This document shows, piece by piece, positions 1-13,164 of a stretch of DNA of 64,000 nt (its first letter is position 1; each line of letters starts with the position of its first letter). Made by a program: the position numbers and the translations under genes. The DNA comes from Rhynchobatus australiae (Eukaryota). The notes beneath the pieces were generated by a model. The model did not search any database. It saw only the letters and a list, made by a program, of their open reading frames with translations, and had not been told where the DNA came from. The stretch is from contig JAUZTB010000135.1 of NCBI GenBank assembly GCA_034780895.1, positions 51,148,019-51,212,018 on the forward strand, in the 5' to 3' direction.

Positions 1-378
1 TTTCACAGTCTACTTCATTATGACCTTGCACCTTATTGTCTACCAGCACTGCACTTTATCTGTAGTGTTACACTTTATTCTGCATTCTGTTACTGTTTTA
101 CCTTGTACTACCTTAATGCACTGTGTAATGNNNNNNNNNNNNNNNNNNNNNNNNNNNNNNNNNNNNNNNNNNNNNNNNNNNNNNNNNNNNNNNNNNNNNN
201 NNNNNNNNNNNNNNNNNNNNNNNNNNNNNNTAGTGTTACACTTTATTCTGCATTCTGTTACTGTTTTACCTTGTACTACCTTAATGCACTGTGTAATGAA
301 TTGATCTATATGAATGGTATTCAAGACAAGCTTTTCACTGTACCTCGGTACATGTGACAATAATAAACCAATTCCAAG
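1..378 (+). mobile_element. 3' UTR fragment of a non-LTR retroelement (Rex1/Babar-type tail)
   Basis: Ends in ...gtgacaataataaaccaattcc, similar to the gtgataataaacctgattctg tails at 3920 and 27210. Interrupted by a 100-N gap whose flanks duplicate each other. Confidence 0.55.
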
Positions 379-383
379 TCCAG

Positions 384-738
384 TTGAGTCATACAGTCTA
401 ACAATACATGAACAGGCCCTGCGGCCCATTGAGTCTGCTTCCACCATCAACCACCCATTAGTACATTGATCCTAGCCTAACCTGTTTTATTCTCACCATA
501 TTCCCATCATTTACCCCAGATTCTACCACTCATCTACATACTAGGGGCAAGTTACATTGGCCAATTAACCTACCAACCTGCATGATTTTGCAATGTAGGA
601 AGAAAATGGAGCACCCAGCAGAAACCCACGTGGTCACAGGGAGAACATGCGAAGTCCACACACAGACAACGCCAGAGGTCAGAGTCGAACATGGGCAGCT
701 GGAGCTGTGAGGCAGCAGCTTTACTAGCTGTGCCACTG
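384..738 (-). mobile_element. V-SINE (HE1-like, tRNA-derived head, CR1-type tail)
   Basis: Reverse complement contains the V-domain core gtgggtttctgctgggtgctccatttt and the tail gggccgcagggcctgtt. Confidence 0.8.
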
Positions 739-784
739 ATTTCAGTTACAAATACGGGAGCAGGGATAGCGAGGGTGGTGGAAT

Positions 785-1257
785 CAGCAGATGAAATTCA
801 ATACAGGACAGAACTTGGAAAGGTAATGTATGCTTTTTTTTAAAGTGGGTGCAAAATTAGAGAAGGATTGGAGGATGCTGATGCACAAATCATTGAAGAT
901 GGCAAAGCACATTATTACAGCAATGTATGAAGCAAGTTGGATCTTGGGAGCCTTAGAAACAGAGGCAAAGTAAACAAAAGACAAAAATTTATCTTGAACC
1001 TAAATAATAATACTTTNNNNNNNNNNNNNNNNNNNNNNNNNNNNNNNNNNNNNNNNNNNNNNNNNNNNNNNNNNNNNNNNNNNNNNNNNNNNNNNNNNNN
1101 NNNNNNNNNNNNNNNNGTGTTGCTTCCAATTAAGGGTGTCAAACTTCAGAAAGACCATCAGGCCTTTGGAAGATTATAGATGACATTTATTAGAATGGCT
1201 CCAGAGCTGAGGTATAATAGTTATGTGAATACTGTGGGGAAGTCAGGGTTGCTCTTC
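785..1257 (+). mobile_element. Degraded CR1 LINE ORF2 3' part; continues at 3944-4170 after a nested Rex1/Babar insertion
   Basis: The CR1 C-terminal frame (F.RM.PELR..SY...GL.) breaks at ~1257 and resumes as ...GD...KI.KG..R.N at 3950. Confidence 0.55.
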
Positions 1258-3943
1258 GTAACGTCTCCATTGTGTCAGGAAATGTGGCTGCTGGGGAGGG
1301 CTGCCGGTAAAAACAGGCACCAAAGGCCCACCCGCCCCCCACCCCCACCCCTACCATCCTCATGGCTAATGTACTCTCTCTGGAAAATAAAATTGAAGAC
1401 CTCATAGCAAATCTGCAGTACTAGAGGGACATCCAGGACTATTGTGTACTCTGCTTCACAGAGACATGGCTCACCCCCAGCACTCCGGACACAGCGCTCC
1501 AGCCCGAGGGCTTCACCATCCACTGCATGGACCAGACGGCAGCATCAGGTAAAGGCAGAGGCAGCAGCATTTGCTTCATGATTGACTCTTCATGGTGCAT
1601 ATTTGTGGCAGTTTCGTCTCAGTCCTGCTCCCCCGACCGAACATCTGGCAGTCAAGTGTCATCCATTCCACCTGCTGAGGGAGTTTCCGCCATCATCCTG
1701 GTAGTGGTGTACATTCCACCCCCAGCAAATGTCAAGCTGGCACTGGGAGAGCTGAGCACTGTGATCAGCAGTCATGAGATAGTGCACCCTGATGCCTTCA
1801 TGATCATCATGGGGGACTTCAACAAGGTCAGCTTGAAGAAGTCTCTGACAAGCTACCACCAACATGTCACTTGTGGTACCAGAGAAGCCAACACACTCAA
1901 TCACTGTTACACCACCATCAAGAACGCTTACCGTGCCATCCCACACCCGCACTTTGGCAAGTCCGACCATTTGGCTGCACCACTACTCCCGACATATCAG
2001 CAGAGACTGAGGACCTCAGCACCAGTGGTGAGGAGAGAGAAGGTATGGTCAAAGGTGCAGAGGGGCATTTACAGGACTGCTTTGAATCAGTGGACTGGGC
2101 CATATTTAGGGATTCATCTATGGATCTGAATGAATATGCCACGGCTGTCACCTACTTCATCAAGACCTGTGTGGATGAGTGTGTGCCTTTGAGAACACAC
2201 TGAATCTTCCCAAACCAGAAGCCCTGGATGAACCAGGAGATTTGCAGTCTGCTGAGGGCTAGATCTGTGTCATTCAAGACCAGCGCTCCAGAATCCTACA
2301 AGAAGTCCAGGTACGACCTACAGAAGGCCATCATGAGAGCGAAAAGGCAATTCCATGTGAAGTTAGAGACACAAATGGACGCACAACAGCTGTGGCAGGT
2401 TTGCGTGCCTATAAGACAAAACCTAACAGAATAAATGGTGATGATGATTCACCGCCTGATGAGCTCAATGCCTATTATGCACGCTTTGAAAGGGAAAATA
2501 ACAGACCTGTGCAAATCCCCATAGTATCTGGCAACCCTGTGATCTCTGTCACGGAAGCCAACATCAGAATATCCTTCAAGAGGAACCCTCGCAAGGCGTC
2601 AGGCCCTGACGATGTACCCGGAAGGGTACTGAAAATCTGTGCAGACCAGCTGACTGGAGAGTTCAAGAATATCTTCAACTTCTCACTGCTGCAGTCGGAG
2701 GTTCCCACCTGCTTCAAAAGGGCATCAATCATACCAGTGCCCAAGAAGAGCAGGGTGAGCTGCCTCAACGACTATCGCCCGGTAGCACTCACACCTACTG
2801 TGGAGACATACTTGAGAGGATGGTCATGGCTAGAATTAACTCCTGCCTGAGCGAGGACCTGAACCCGCTACAATTTGCCTACCGCCACAGTAGGTCTACA
2901 GCGGACGCTATCTCTTTCTCCTTGACTTCCTTATTGGGAGACCACAGTCAGTGGAGATCGGTAGTAACATCTCCTTGCTGACAGTCAACATAAGCACACC
3001 TCATGGATGCATGCTTAGCCCACTGCTCCACTCTGTCTACACTCATGACTGTGTGGCAAGGCACAGCTCAAATGCCATCTATAAATTCGCCGATGACACC
3101 ACTGTTGTCAGAATCTCAGGAATACAGGAGTGAGATAGATTGGCCAGTTGAGTGGTGTTGAAACAATAACCTCTCACTCAATGTCATTAAGACCAAGGGA
3201 TTGATTGTGGACTTCAGTAAGGGAAATCAGGAGAACACACACCAGTTCTCATGGGGGGGGGGGTGGTGGAGGGGTGGTGGTGAGCGGTGGAAAGGGTGAG
3301 CAGCTTCAAGTTCCTGGGCGTCAATGTCTCAGAGGATTTATCCTGGGCCCAACACATTGATATAAGCATGAAGAGGGCACGACAGCAGCTCTACTTCATT
3401 AGGAGTTTGAGGAGATTTGGTATATCATCAAAGGCACTTATAGATTTCTATGTAGGTACGGTGGAAAGCATTCTGTCTGGTTGCTTCACTGCCTGGTATG
3501 GAGGCTCTAATGCACAGGATCAAAAGAGGCTCTGCAGGAGGGTTGTGGACTCAGCAGGTCCAATACGGCCACAACTTTCCATGCCGTCAAGGACATCTTC
3601 AAGAAGCAGAGCCTCAAGAAGGCAGCATTCATCATTAAGGACCCTCACCATTTGGGACATGCCCTCTTCATGTTACTACCATCGGGGAGTAGGTACAGGA
3701 ACCTGAAAACCCACACTCAACATACCAAATCTGTTCAAACTCCTAATGAAGTAGAGCTTCTTCACCTCCGCCATCAGATTTATGAATGGTCCATGAACCC
3801 ATGAACACTACCTTGTTACTCCTCTTTTGCACTATTTATTTATTTCTGTAACTTATAGTAATTTTTATGTCTTGCACTATACTGCTGCCACAAAGCAACA
3901 AATTTCACAACATATGTCAGTGATAATAAACCTGATTCTGATT
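1258..3943 (+). mobile_element. Near full-length Rex1/Babar-type LINE (APE endonuclease + reverse transcriptase), pseudogenised
   Basis: Motifs across frames: ILMANV.SLENK, CFTETWL, VVYIPP, IMGDFN, GKSDH, KPWMN, KASGPD, CLNDYRPVALT, PHGCMLSPLL, KFADDTT, FKFLGVN, TVESILSGC. Tail aataaacctgattctgatt. Stops, frameshifts and an internal RT deletion near 2914. Confidence 0.9.
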
Positions 3944-4170
3944 GTGAGTAAAGATGACTATGAGGAGATTTTATAACAGTGCCCAAAATCATAAAGGGTT
4001 AAAGTAGAATAAATAAAGAGAAATTCAATGACTGAAGGGTCAATTGCTTCAGGTAAAGGAGAAAATAAACCTGGAGGAAATTGGGGATCTGTTGGAAAGT
4101 GGAAGTGTTGGACTGTTCATCAAAAGAGCTGGTGCAGAATTCATCACCCAAATGATATCATACCGTACTG
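3944..4170 (+). mobile_element. CR1 LINE 3' end (continuation of 785-1257)
   Basis: Degenerate GD....KI.KG..R.N frame followed by a CR1-like 3' UTR (aagagctggtgcaga). Confidence 0.45.
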
Positions 4171-4754
4171 AAATAAATGAATCCTGGACTCCATTTATAG
4201 TCATCAGGAGGCAATGTGACATGCAAAATCAGGCCAATTTTTCCCCTTATTTGTGTATAAAGATACACCCATTCATTTGCATGCACATCCAAACATCTCG
4301 ATAGCCAAAATATTTTTGCATGCACATTCTTGCAGCTACGTACAGATACCACTCACACATCCACCTACTTGTATTTCTCATTCACATACTCAATCTCACC
4401 CATTTCATGAATACCCACTATGTGCCAACAAGGAGTGCATGCCAGGATCAGAGCTGAAGCAGTTAGAAAAGCTAAATGGAGGACATCTAATTTCATGTAT
4501 TATGTTGCAATACATCCTCAATTTGACAGTACCATTACTAAAATCTGTTGCTGTTACTAGTTTTAAATTGCCTAATACTCAAAGGACTTCACAACTTGAA
4601 AATAACTGAACAACAATAATGGCAAAAGAAGGATGGGCTGGTGAGGTGAGGGGGTTGAAGAATGTGCAACTTATCATGACATGATCAAAAGATCAATGTT
4701 AAAGAAAAACTTGCATGTAAGGAAGAGAAATGACAATTTGGACTAATTTAAAAG

Positions 4755-4945
4755 ATAGGAACATAAGTAAGAGTTAGCTATTTGGCTCCTCAAGTCTGAT
4801 CCAACATTCAATAACATTACGGCTGATCACCTAGCTCAACTCAACTTCCTGCATTCTAGCCATATTCCATGATTTCCAAACTATTCAAAATTCAATCAGC
4901 CTCCATCTTGAATAAAACCAATGGTTGGGAAATTATGGGTGAAAA
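4755..4945 (-). mobile_element. CR1 LINE 3' end
   Basis: Plus-strand signature ...ctcctcaagtctgatccaacattcaataacattacggctgatc is shared with 5460, 13180, 39500 and 46410. Confidence 0.55.
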
Positions 4946-5239
4946 AATTATAAATACCACCATTACTTCATTCCCGTGCAGATGCAATTGAAAGCAAGTA
5001 TTGACAAAACCACTTATCTCCAGGTCAGGCAAATCAGGAAGGTGCAAGGCTTAGTCAATAACTTGAGTTAAATGATATCAAGCACAAGAGGGAGCCTGCA
5101 GTTGGACTTAACAACTTTTAATGAGGGAAGAATGATATTCTTGATTACTCTTGTGTTTCAAAGAGTACATCAGTAGTTATCAAATGAGAATTTGTTCAGT
5201 AGTAATAGGTGGACCTTGGAACTGCTCCTGACTTCTTGT

Positions 5240-5785
5240 CATAGGCAGCACAGGCTGATGAATGAGTGACCAACACCAATGGTGCAGGCATAATGGCAGT
5301 GAGGGTAAGATAAAGCCTGTCTTCTGAGGGGGCAACAATTGCACAAATCCAACTGGACTGCCGTGATACTCTGCAAGGCCCTTTGCACACTGTAATCCCA
5401 ACCATAAAGGCAGCAAGCTGAGCTTTCAATGAAGCTGAACTAACACACAAAAATACAAGAAAATAAGAGCAGGAGCGGGTGACCATGCCCCTCAAGCCTC
5501 AATAACATTCATCATATTCATGGCTGATCTATGCTGGCCTCAACTCCTTTTTGTGCCACTTTAATGCCATAAAGGAACCAAGCTCTGCATAAAGCCCTCT
5601 GCCAACCTGGGACTGCACTGCTCTGTCCTGTCCTGATACAGGGTTTTGACCTGAAACCTTTCCTCCCACTGATGCTGCTCGACCCACTGAGTTCATCCAG
5701 CAGACTGCTGTTGTTGCTGCACTCTTCCATGACAATGTTCACAGGCTTTCTGGGAGGCTTAACAAAGTATTGAGGATTTAACTAA
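5240..5785 (-). mobile_element. Relic of a Harbinger-associated second ORF, interrupted by CR1 tail and Penelope terminal-repeat pieces
   Basis: Reverse complement of 5722-5780 reads EILNTLLSLPESL*TLS and shares agaaagcctg with 12212. cagcttgctgcc (reverse complement of 5409-5420) also occurs at 12440. Family assignment is inference. Confidence 0.35.
5605..5722 (+). mobile_element. Penelope-like element terminal repeat fragment
   Basis: gtcctgatacagggttttgacctgaaac...gatgctgctcgacccactgagttcatccagca, the same family as 21225-21355 and 61855-61940. Confidence 0.7.
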
Positions 5786-7339
5786 TGATGTTCTTCAGTT
5801 TTTATTGGTAGTCCAGCCGACAGTTTTGTATTTTGAAACTTTTTGTTTCCTTTGTTTATGTTTTCAAATACTTGATTTATATAATGATTTCTTTCACCTC
5901 CTCATTCACTTCACACCAATTGTTCTTCACTACTTCTGAGTTTTTTTATCTTCTCTTCCAAATCTTTATAATTATAAACCATCATAATTTCTCCTGTCTT
6001 ATTCTGTAAGGAACACAGAATAATTTTTGCTAATATTTTCCTTTTAACCTATCTACAGCAGCCTTTACTGCCTGTTTTAGAATAAGATTCAGGTCTGCAA
6101 AATAATTTCTAGCAAATATAAAATATATTAAGTGCCAGCACTACAAGGGTAATCATTTCTAGAATACCACCAACACCATGCGTCACCAATTAAAGCACAG
6201 ATCAAGGAGGTAATATTATGATTGAGAGATATAGGGTGATGGGTATCAGCTCTGTCTGGACAGAGGTAATAATTACTATTAGTTGTATTTTACCTAAACA
6301 TTGCTGGGATTAATATCCTCAGCACAAAGTTAACTAAAGCTCAGAGGAATTCCATACCGTGTAAGGGAAAACAAGAGTAAGCAGCTTACTAAAGTAAAAT
6401 CTTGATAATAAAAGTAGAAAGATGGGAAAGGGTTAATCAGAGTAAAATTTTAATAAGAAATGTAAAATTTATGTTGATAAATGTTTTATGTATACAGATA
6501 CAGGTATATGCATAAACATACATATACCTACATATAGTATAAAAAATAATTTTGCAAATTAAAAATATAAGTATTAGCTAAAAAGCAGTTGTTACAGGAT
6601 CAAAGTAAAAAAAACTTCAGGAGAGTAAGAAAAGGAAGGGTCAGTACTATTAACTTGAAACAACATTCTAGCAGTGTTTTATAAATTACAGCTCTAAAAA
6701 TATTGATTTCGTTCTGCTTAATGAACATAATAATAAACTTGAAAGAAAGGAAACTGAGAATCAGTGAACATTATTTAATTCACTTTTAGTGTAAGAATAG
6801 ATGCCAAAAAAATCAAGAACAATGGGTCTTGCAGTGAAATAAAGCAATTTAGAGTAAAAAGCAATACTGTCTAGATTAAAATGAAAATATAGGTGGCCAG
6901 TTGACACACATAANNNNNNNNNNNNNNNNNNNNNNNNNNNNNNNNNNNNNNNNNNNNNNNNNNNNNNNNNNNNNNNNNNNNNNNNNNNNNNNNNNNNNNN
7001 NNNNNNNNNNNNNTGACACACATAATGGCAAAAGGAATTATTTGGAGGATGAGTGAAAAAGGATACAAATGAAATAGATTCCAGTGAGGAAAATAAAGGA
7101 AAAACTGAAGCTTGATGCAGATCAGATCCAATTTCAAACAAAAAAGGGAGATATTTAGTACTTACACTACGGACAATAAAGATGGGGAAAAATGTAGAAA
7201 ATATAGATAAACTGTGGAAGAGGAACTTCCATCGACCAATAGAGGATAAAAAAAATTTGAAGCAAGAATGTGAAAGACTACTCTTGCCTCATTAGCAATA
7301 AGGGGAAAGTTGAGGTATGGGGTAGGGCCAGTAACAGAA

Positions 7340-7462
7340 CCATAGAATCACGAATCATACAGCATAGTAACAGGTCCTTCATCCCACTAAGTCCACACTG
7401 ACCATCATGCTTCCATTTTCATTAACCCTACTATAATCCCATTTTATTCTCCCCACATATTC
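7340..7462 (-). mobile_element. SINE 3' tail fragment (V-SINE family)
   Basis: atacagcatagtaacaggtccttcatcccactaagtccacactgaccatc...ccattttattctcccc matches 390-500. Confidence 0.55.
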
Positions 7463-8439
7463 AAAGGAGGCAAGCACATACTGCAAAACAAGGCAACAAC
7501 AATATGAATGAAGCATCCTTTATGGAGGAAGTGATATTGGAAATATAAAATTGTCAGGAGTGTGTACAGAACAATCAGTTGAAGTTTATACTCGGAAAGA
7601 TGATATCAAAGGTATATTTCAACTTAAAGTACAAAGCATGACTTGAGTTTGTGATAAAAGTTGTGACAATTAGTCTGCAAAATTCATTTGAAGGCAACAT
7701 TTTCCAAGACAGAAATTACTTAACTTTTCAAAAAAGTAGATTGGAATAAGACAAACATAATACTGACTGATTACTCTTAACATAAGTGTTGATATGTGAG
7801 TAAAGCTTATTTTAAGAAATACTTGAAAAAACTTGACTATAGCAGTGCCAATTACAATGAATCTCTCAAAGGTCAGACATATTTGATCAACCTGAAAGTT
7901 CATGGATATAAAATGATTTATAGGATTTTAAAAATACAAGGCAAGATGCCAAATTATGGCACAATGGGATTTGAAAGTTTTAATACCTGGTACACAGAGA
8001 TTTGGAAGCAAAAAGCAGTGAATGTCATAAAAATGTTCTCACGTATGTAGCAAAGGTAATACATGAACATTGGTACTGCGAGTGTGCCAGTTTACAATAC
8101 ATAAAAATGAATTAGAAATTGAGACAACAAAATTGAAATTTGCTGATGAGATTAAAATGCAGGGTATGACAAATATTGATAAAATATGTTAAGACTGCAA
8201 AACATGGAATATAAGTGATAGGGGTGGGGTGAATGCTGATAGATGCAGCACAGTACAGAAAAAAAAGTTTTGAAGATAGAGAATAAAATACATTTTAAAT
8301 GCCAATACTTAAATGCTGAGAGGCAGTGGTATGCAAATAAACGGGTCAATAAATTTGGCAAAGTATGTCAATCAAAATCAAGTTGTGAACCCTCCACAAG
8401 CTGGAAAAAAGAAATGATTGTGGGTGTTGTAAACTAAGC

Positions 8440-9270
8440 ATCATTAACCACTTTATCAATAACTTCCCTCCATCATAATTCCATTAGTAACCGTGCAGAT
8501 AAAGAAATATCCCACTACAGGTTTAGATGTTACCTATATGAGGATACTTGAGAAGTTAGGACTATATGCACTATTTCAAGGACAGTATTCAGGCTGGGAT
8601 TGATAAGAGGCAAGTAAAATTCACTCTGCACAAGTCACTGGCACTGACCATCTCCAGTGAGATAAAGTCCAAATATCTTTCCTTGATATTCAATGCCATT
8701 GCCATCACTAAATCCCCACCATTAACATCTTGGGTGTCACCGATGACCAGAACTCAACAGGAGCTGATACAAAAATACTACACCTTTAAGACTAAGAGCT
8801 TGGGTATCCAGCATTGAGTGACAAATGGCTCATCTCCTGAATCCTCCTTGACACATTTCCATCTTGACTGGCACTGCACCTCCTCTGCTAAAGATGATAT
8901 TTCATCCATCACCAGCACATCATGGCTTTAGTATGTTTACCCTAATATACAGCTGCAATACCCCAAGCCTTAACTCCCAAATTCAAGCTTCCTGCCTTCA
9001 CAAAGGTGGCCATCATCTGTCAACAACAGCACCTAAAAGTGCCCTCCAAGTTGCATACAATTCTGACTTGGAAATATCTCACTACCCCTTCATCACTGTT
9101 GGATGAAAATTCTGAGTCTGGATATCCAATAGCCCTGTGGAAATGTCTTCACCAGAAGGACTGCACAGGTTCAGAAGTAGGTCACTGCCAAGTACAATTA
9201 GGAATGGGTAATTAATGCTGTTCTTGCCAGTGACACGCATTTACTGCATTTCAGTAAATAGAAAAAAAAC
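8440..9270 (+). mobile_element. CR1/Jockey-group LINE 3' fragment (second family)
   Basis: FINNFPSII and NILGV..DQ motifs. Tail caattaggaatgggtaattaatgctgttcttgccag is shared with 44298 and 31558. Confidence 0.6.
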
Positions 9271-11551
9271 AGGTTTAAGAGAATTAGAAAAAAAAACAGG
9301 AATAAGAGCAATTTGTTTAGCTTTGCTTCAGGAGAGAAAACCTACAAAAGGAAGGAGTTAGTACTGAATTTCTCTAACTAAGTTCAATTATACTTGGATT
9401 ATTGGTTTCTGTTCTGGGCAGACTATTATACTAAGGGTATAAAAGAAATGGAAAAGGTTCAACTCAGAATCACCACATTAACAGGGNNNNNTGTTACATC
9501 TATGAGAATACTTGAGAAGATTGAACTATATTCGCTATTGCTGACATAGCTTAGATATGTCGAAAAGCTACCTTCAGGATGATGAAAATTAATAATAAGG
9601 CAAAGAGTAATAGATCATTCCCACTGCTTGGCAGAACAGTAACCAAAGGGCACAAATTTAAGATAAACATAAAAGTAATCAATGGGAAAGATGTAAAAAA
9701 ATCTTTGCATGGAATAGCTAAATTGTAAAACTGCCCCCCACAAACCTTATGGCAATATTAAAACATGAACTAAATAAAGTATGCATATTTAAAAACCAGA
9801 GAAAAGCATATGGTAATTTAAAAGGGTGGTAAATAATTGTTTGAAAAATAGGAATATCAAAAGATTTGTGGACAAGCAGAAGAGTGGGACTAAACTCCAT
9901 AACTAAATTGGAGGAAAGAAATTGTATAAACTTGATGTGCCAACTTCAATATCATGAATATCCCAGTATCTTTCTCAATCCTATTTAAAGGTACTGGAAA
10001 GTAGCTGGGAATTTACTTTATTCATGGATGAACTTGCAGAGAGCAAAGGCAGTATTTCTACCATGTATTTACTTCACATGGACAAACAGATATCTGGAAG
10101 CTTCTACACAAAATGATGTACCAATAACAAATAACAGTTGGTCACTCCTTAAAGTGGTACGTAACCAATATTGCAACTGCCACATACGCCACCATTAACT
10201 TAATTTGGCCAAGGAAGCAGACAGTACAGCAGAGATGGAATCCTACTCTAACCGAATAGACATCTACTGACAAGGAATGAGTTAGAAAGAAAGGAAAAAT
10301 TATGTGCTTTCAGCAGGCAGGACTCAAGCCGTGGGTATTTCTGTTGGGTAAGATCTCTGCAGTTATCACAATACAGTATACTGAAGAATGCAAAAGTACG
10401 CATTTCATGTGTCTGAAAATTCACACCAGACACAAATCAATTAAGATTTTCGATGTTATAGGCTTAAATCAGTGTTGAAAGGCAAAATTTGTACATTAGA
10501 ATTTGCTGACAACATAATTCTCTCATTTTACAATTTCCAAACAGGTTTAATGANNNNNNNNAATAAAGATGAAAGAACTATAGTGTATGTTGTTACAATG
10601 TACAGAAAACTACATTTAATTTGCAAAATGAAGCCAATTTTGCATATTAAAACATTTGCATATTAAAATATTGCCTTATTAAAACAGAAAAATTATGTAA
10701 GCACTTTTATTCAGTGAGGAGGGTGCAGAGGAAATCTATTTTACTCTATAAAAGCTCCACTTTAATTCTGAACAACATACACAAAATGCTGGAATCCTGA
10801 TTTGACTGCTTATGCTAATTTTTAAGACTAACCAGTGGCCACAGTGACATTTTAAAATAGAACATCCAGTTCACAGCCTGTCAAAAACAGTTTTAACAAA
10901 AGAAAATATTACAGTCTGTTGGCAAAGTCCAGGTACTACATTTTGAACTGACAACCACTGCAGATCTTCATCACATTTAGTCATGTTCTCAATCAATGTA
11001 TCACAGTTTCAAACGTGGTGCTTATATATTTGCCAACAGACAATATTTTTTCTGTGATACCTTATTAACTCTATAATGCCAAAGCCCCCCATGGAGTTAT
11101 GTTTTAATTGAAATAATTATGACTTTGCCTCAAACCTTTCTGGTAATCTGATAAATAACTTACATTATGTTCAGTATATTGAAAATTGATGCATTGTTTT
11201 CCTATTTCACTGTGGTTTAGAGATGTAGGTTAATTTGTGAGTGCTGTCAATGTGGAGCCTTACTAGATGGACGCACAGGATTGTAACACAGGCAGACTGA
11301 TTTTACTGCTAGATGATGACACAAGATTATCAGGAGCTAAATTTAAAAGGTCCTAAAAATGTTATGGGGCTCACAATGCAGGGTGAACTTGCGTCCATTG
11401 ATTGTAATGCAGGCAGCACAGTTATTTGAAGTGATCTCCAGGTTTTGCTAGAAGTAACTTTTCCGTTCATTAAGTGGTTACTCCAGCTAAGGCTCTGTCA
11501 AGCTAAGCTGCACTGCCAAAGCCAATATAGACCTGTTATAGAGGAAAAGAA

Positions 11552-11685
11552 AAAACCTGCAGATATTGGAAATCTGAAACTATAATCGTAAAATGCTGGA
11601 AATACTTGGCAGGTCTGGCAGTATCTCTCCTTGGATGCTGCCTGACCCGTTGAGTATTTCCAGTATCTTCTGTTCTTTTTCTTTT
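11552..11685. mobile_element. Short palindromic Penelope-derived element (inverted terminal-repeat remnants)
   Basis: aaatgctggaaatacttggcaggtctggcagtatc is followed by its inverse gatgctgcctgacccgttgagtatttccagtatctt. Confidence 0.7.
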
Positions 11686-11819
11686 ACTGGGGAGCTGCAA
11701 ATTACTGGAGCAGATGCTGTCAGAGGTGCCAGACGTGAATCAGAACTGGAAAATGGTAACAATGAGTGGGTTCTAACATTTTTGATCACTGTTAAAAAGG
11801 CCTCAGAAGATAAATACAT

Positions 11820-12030
11820 CATAAAATAAGGATGGTGTTCTGGCTGGAAGTCCATGACCTGGTGTTCCGCAGAGATTGGTGCTGGAGCCTCTGTTGTTTG
11901 AGATATACTTGGATGAAAATGTAGGTGGGTGGGTTAGTAAGTTTGCAGATAACACTAAGATTGGTGGCATTGTGCACAGTATAGACGGCTGTCTAAGGAT
12001 ACAGCAGTATATGGATCAGTTACAGCCAAT
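11820..12030 (+). mobile_element. CR1 LINE RT fragment
   Basis: ORF 11876-12082: VLEPLLF..YLDENVGGWVSKFADNTKIGG...GCLRIQ. Confidence 0.8.
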
Positions 12031-12084
12031 GAACCACATCATTCAACCAGATGATGCAACATTTATTAACATATTTTTCTGACT

Positions 12085-12520
12085 TTTTGACAGGGCAAGG
12101 ATGCGCACAGTTGAAGCTCATCATGGGGACTTCATGTCTGAACCCTGCACGAAGGGGGTGATGCACTCAGTTAAGAATTCATAAGATGCTCAAGTATTTT
12201 TGATACCTGAATAGAAAGCCTGCATGCAATAGCAAGGATAATGTAGGAGCCCAGCACCAACCTGGCACAGGGTTTAGTACAGCTTGGAGCCCATTTTCTC
12301 TAATGCAGAAGTGATGGCCAGATCTGCAGCGCATCTCTGGATCCAACCACAATATAGTATCTGACGGCCAGTGTCACTAACAGCAGTCACTGAGCAATCA
12401 ATTGCTCCAGTTTAAGTTCAGTCTGCTGTCATGCAAGATCAGCTTGCTGCCAAGTAAGCTCAGGCAACTGTCATCATGGCTGTGGATTGCAGCAACAGAG
12501 AACCATGTACCATGAGGCAG
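12085..12520 (+). mobile_element. Relic of a Harbinger-associated second ORF (C-terminal part)
   Basis: Broken frame ESLHAIARIM*EPSTNLAQGLV..EPIFSNAEVMARS, similar to 5240-5785(-) and 60860-61400(-). Lies convergent to the transposase relic at 15023-15880. Family call is inference. Confidence 0.35.
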
Positions 12521-12529
12521 CCCAGCAAA

Positions 12530-12990
12530 CTATTAGTTTCAAAAATTAAACTTCTGAAAGAACTCATCAGGTCAGGTAGCATTTGTGGAGGCAAAGGGAT
12601 GGTCAACATTTCAGGTTGAGACCCTGCATCAGGACTGATAATGTAGAGGGAAGATAGCCAGTACAAAGAGTTGAGAGGCAGGGATGAAACGGGTGCTGGT
12701 AGGTGATAGGTGGAAAACAGGTAAATAAGTATGTGGGGTTTGGGCAGATGGACCCAGGTGGGGGAGGGTGATGAGTCTAGGTAATGAGGTGGCGAGGAAT
12801 GGGAAGGGTGAACAAAGGGAGATAGAACCTGGGTGGACCCTGGCTGGACTAGGGGGAGTGTGCTACCTGAAACTGCAAAATTCAATGTTCGTATCAATGA
12901 GCCACAGTCTGCACAAGTGGTATATGAGGTGCTATTCTTCTAGATTAAGTTCAGCCTCACTGTGGCAGTGGACAAGGCTGAGGCCAACCA
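12530..12990 (-). mobile_element. Penelope-like element fragment (terminal repeat + GIY-YIG C-terminal remnant)
   Basis: Terminal repeat aagaactcatcaggtcaggtagcatttgtggag. Reverse complement of 12870-12970 reads LVHCHSEAELNLEE*HLIYHLCRL...NIEF, typical of the end of a PLE endonuclease. Confidence 0.75.
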
Positions 12991-13164
12991 TTCTTCACCA
13001 GCAATCCCACCCACACTCATGACCCTTATCACGTCTTCAGCACTCCCCTTGCACTTAAACACCCCCTTTTAGCCTCTTACCCACTCTTGACCTTTTAATT
13101 TCTAATTGCTTCTCAGTATCCTCACCCATTCCAATCTAACCCACTCTGAACGTGCAGCACCCCA

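Larger units (their letters stand above)
6100..9900 (+). mobile_element. Old, heavily decayed long CR1 LINE (ORF1 esterase remnant through ORF2 3' end) with nested insertions
   Basis: RVIIS.IPP and YLN.AG.NIL resemble the SGNH esterase of CR1 ORF1 (6147-6320). KFADE.K at 8135. KGHKFK and 3'-end motifs at 9640-9890. Confidence 0.55.

Noticed and set aside
61-300. Apparent ~70-bp direct repeat on both sides of a 100-N gap
   Set aside because: Identical overlapping contig ends around a placeholder gap; assembly artefact. The same pattern appears at 6902/7014, 39256/39373 and 55815/55931.
1527-3706. Several 100-200 aa ORFs suggesting a gene
   Set aside because: Frameshifted pieces of one dead Rex1/Babar ORF2.
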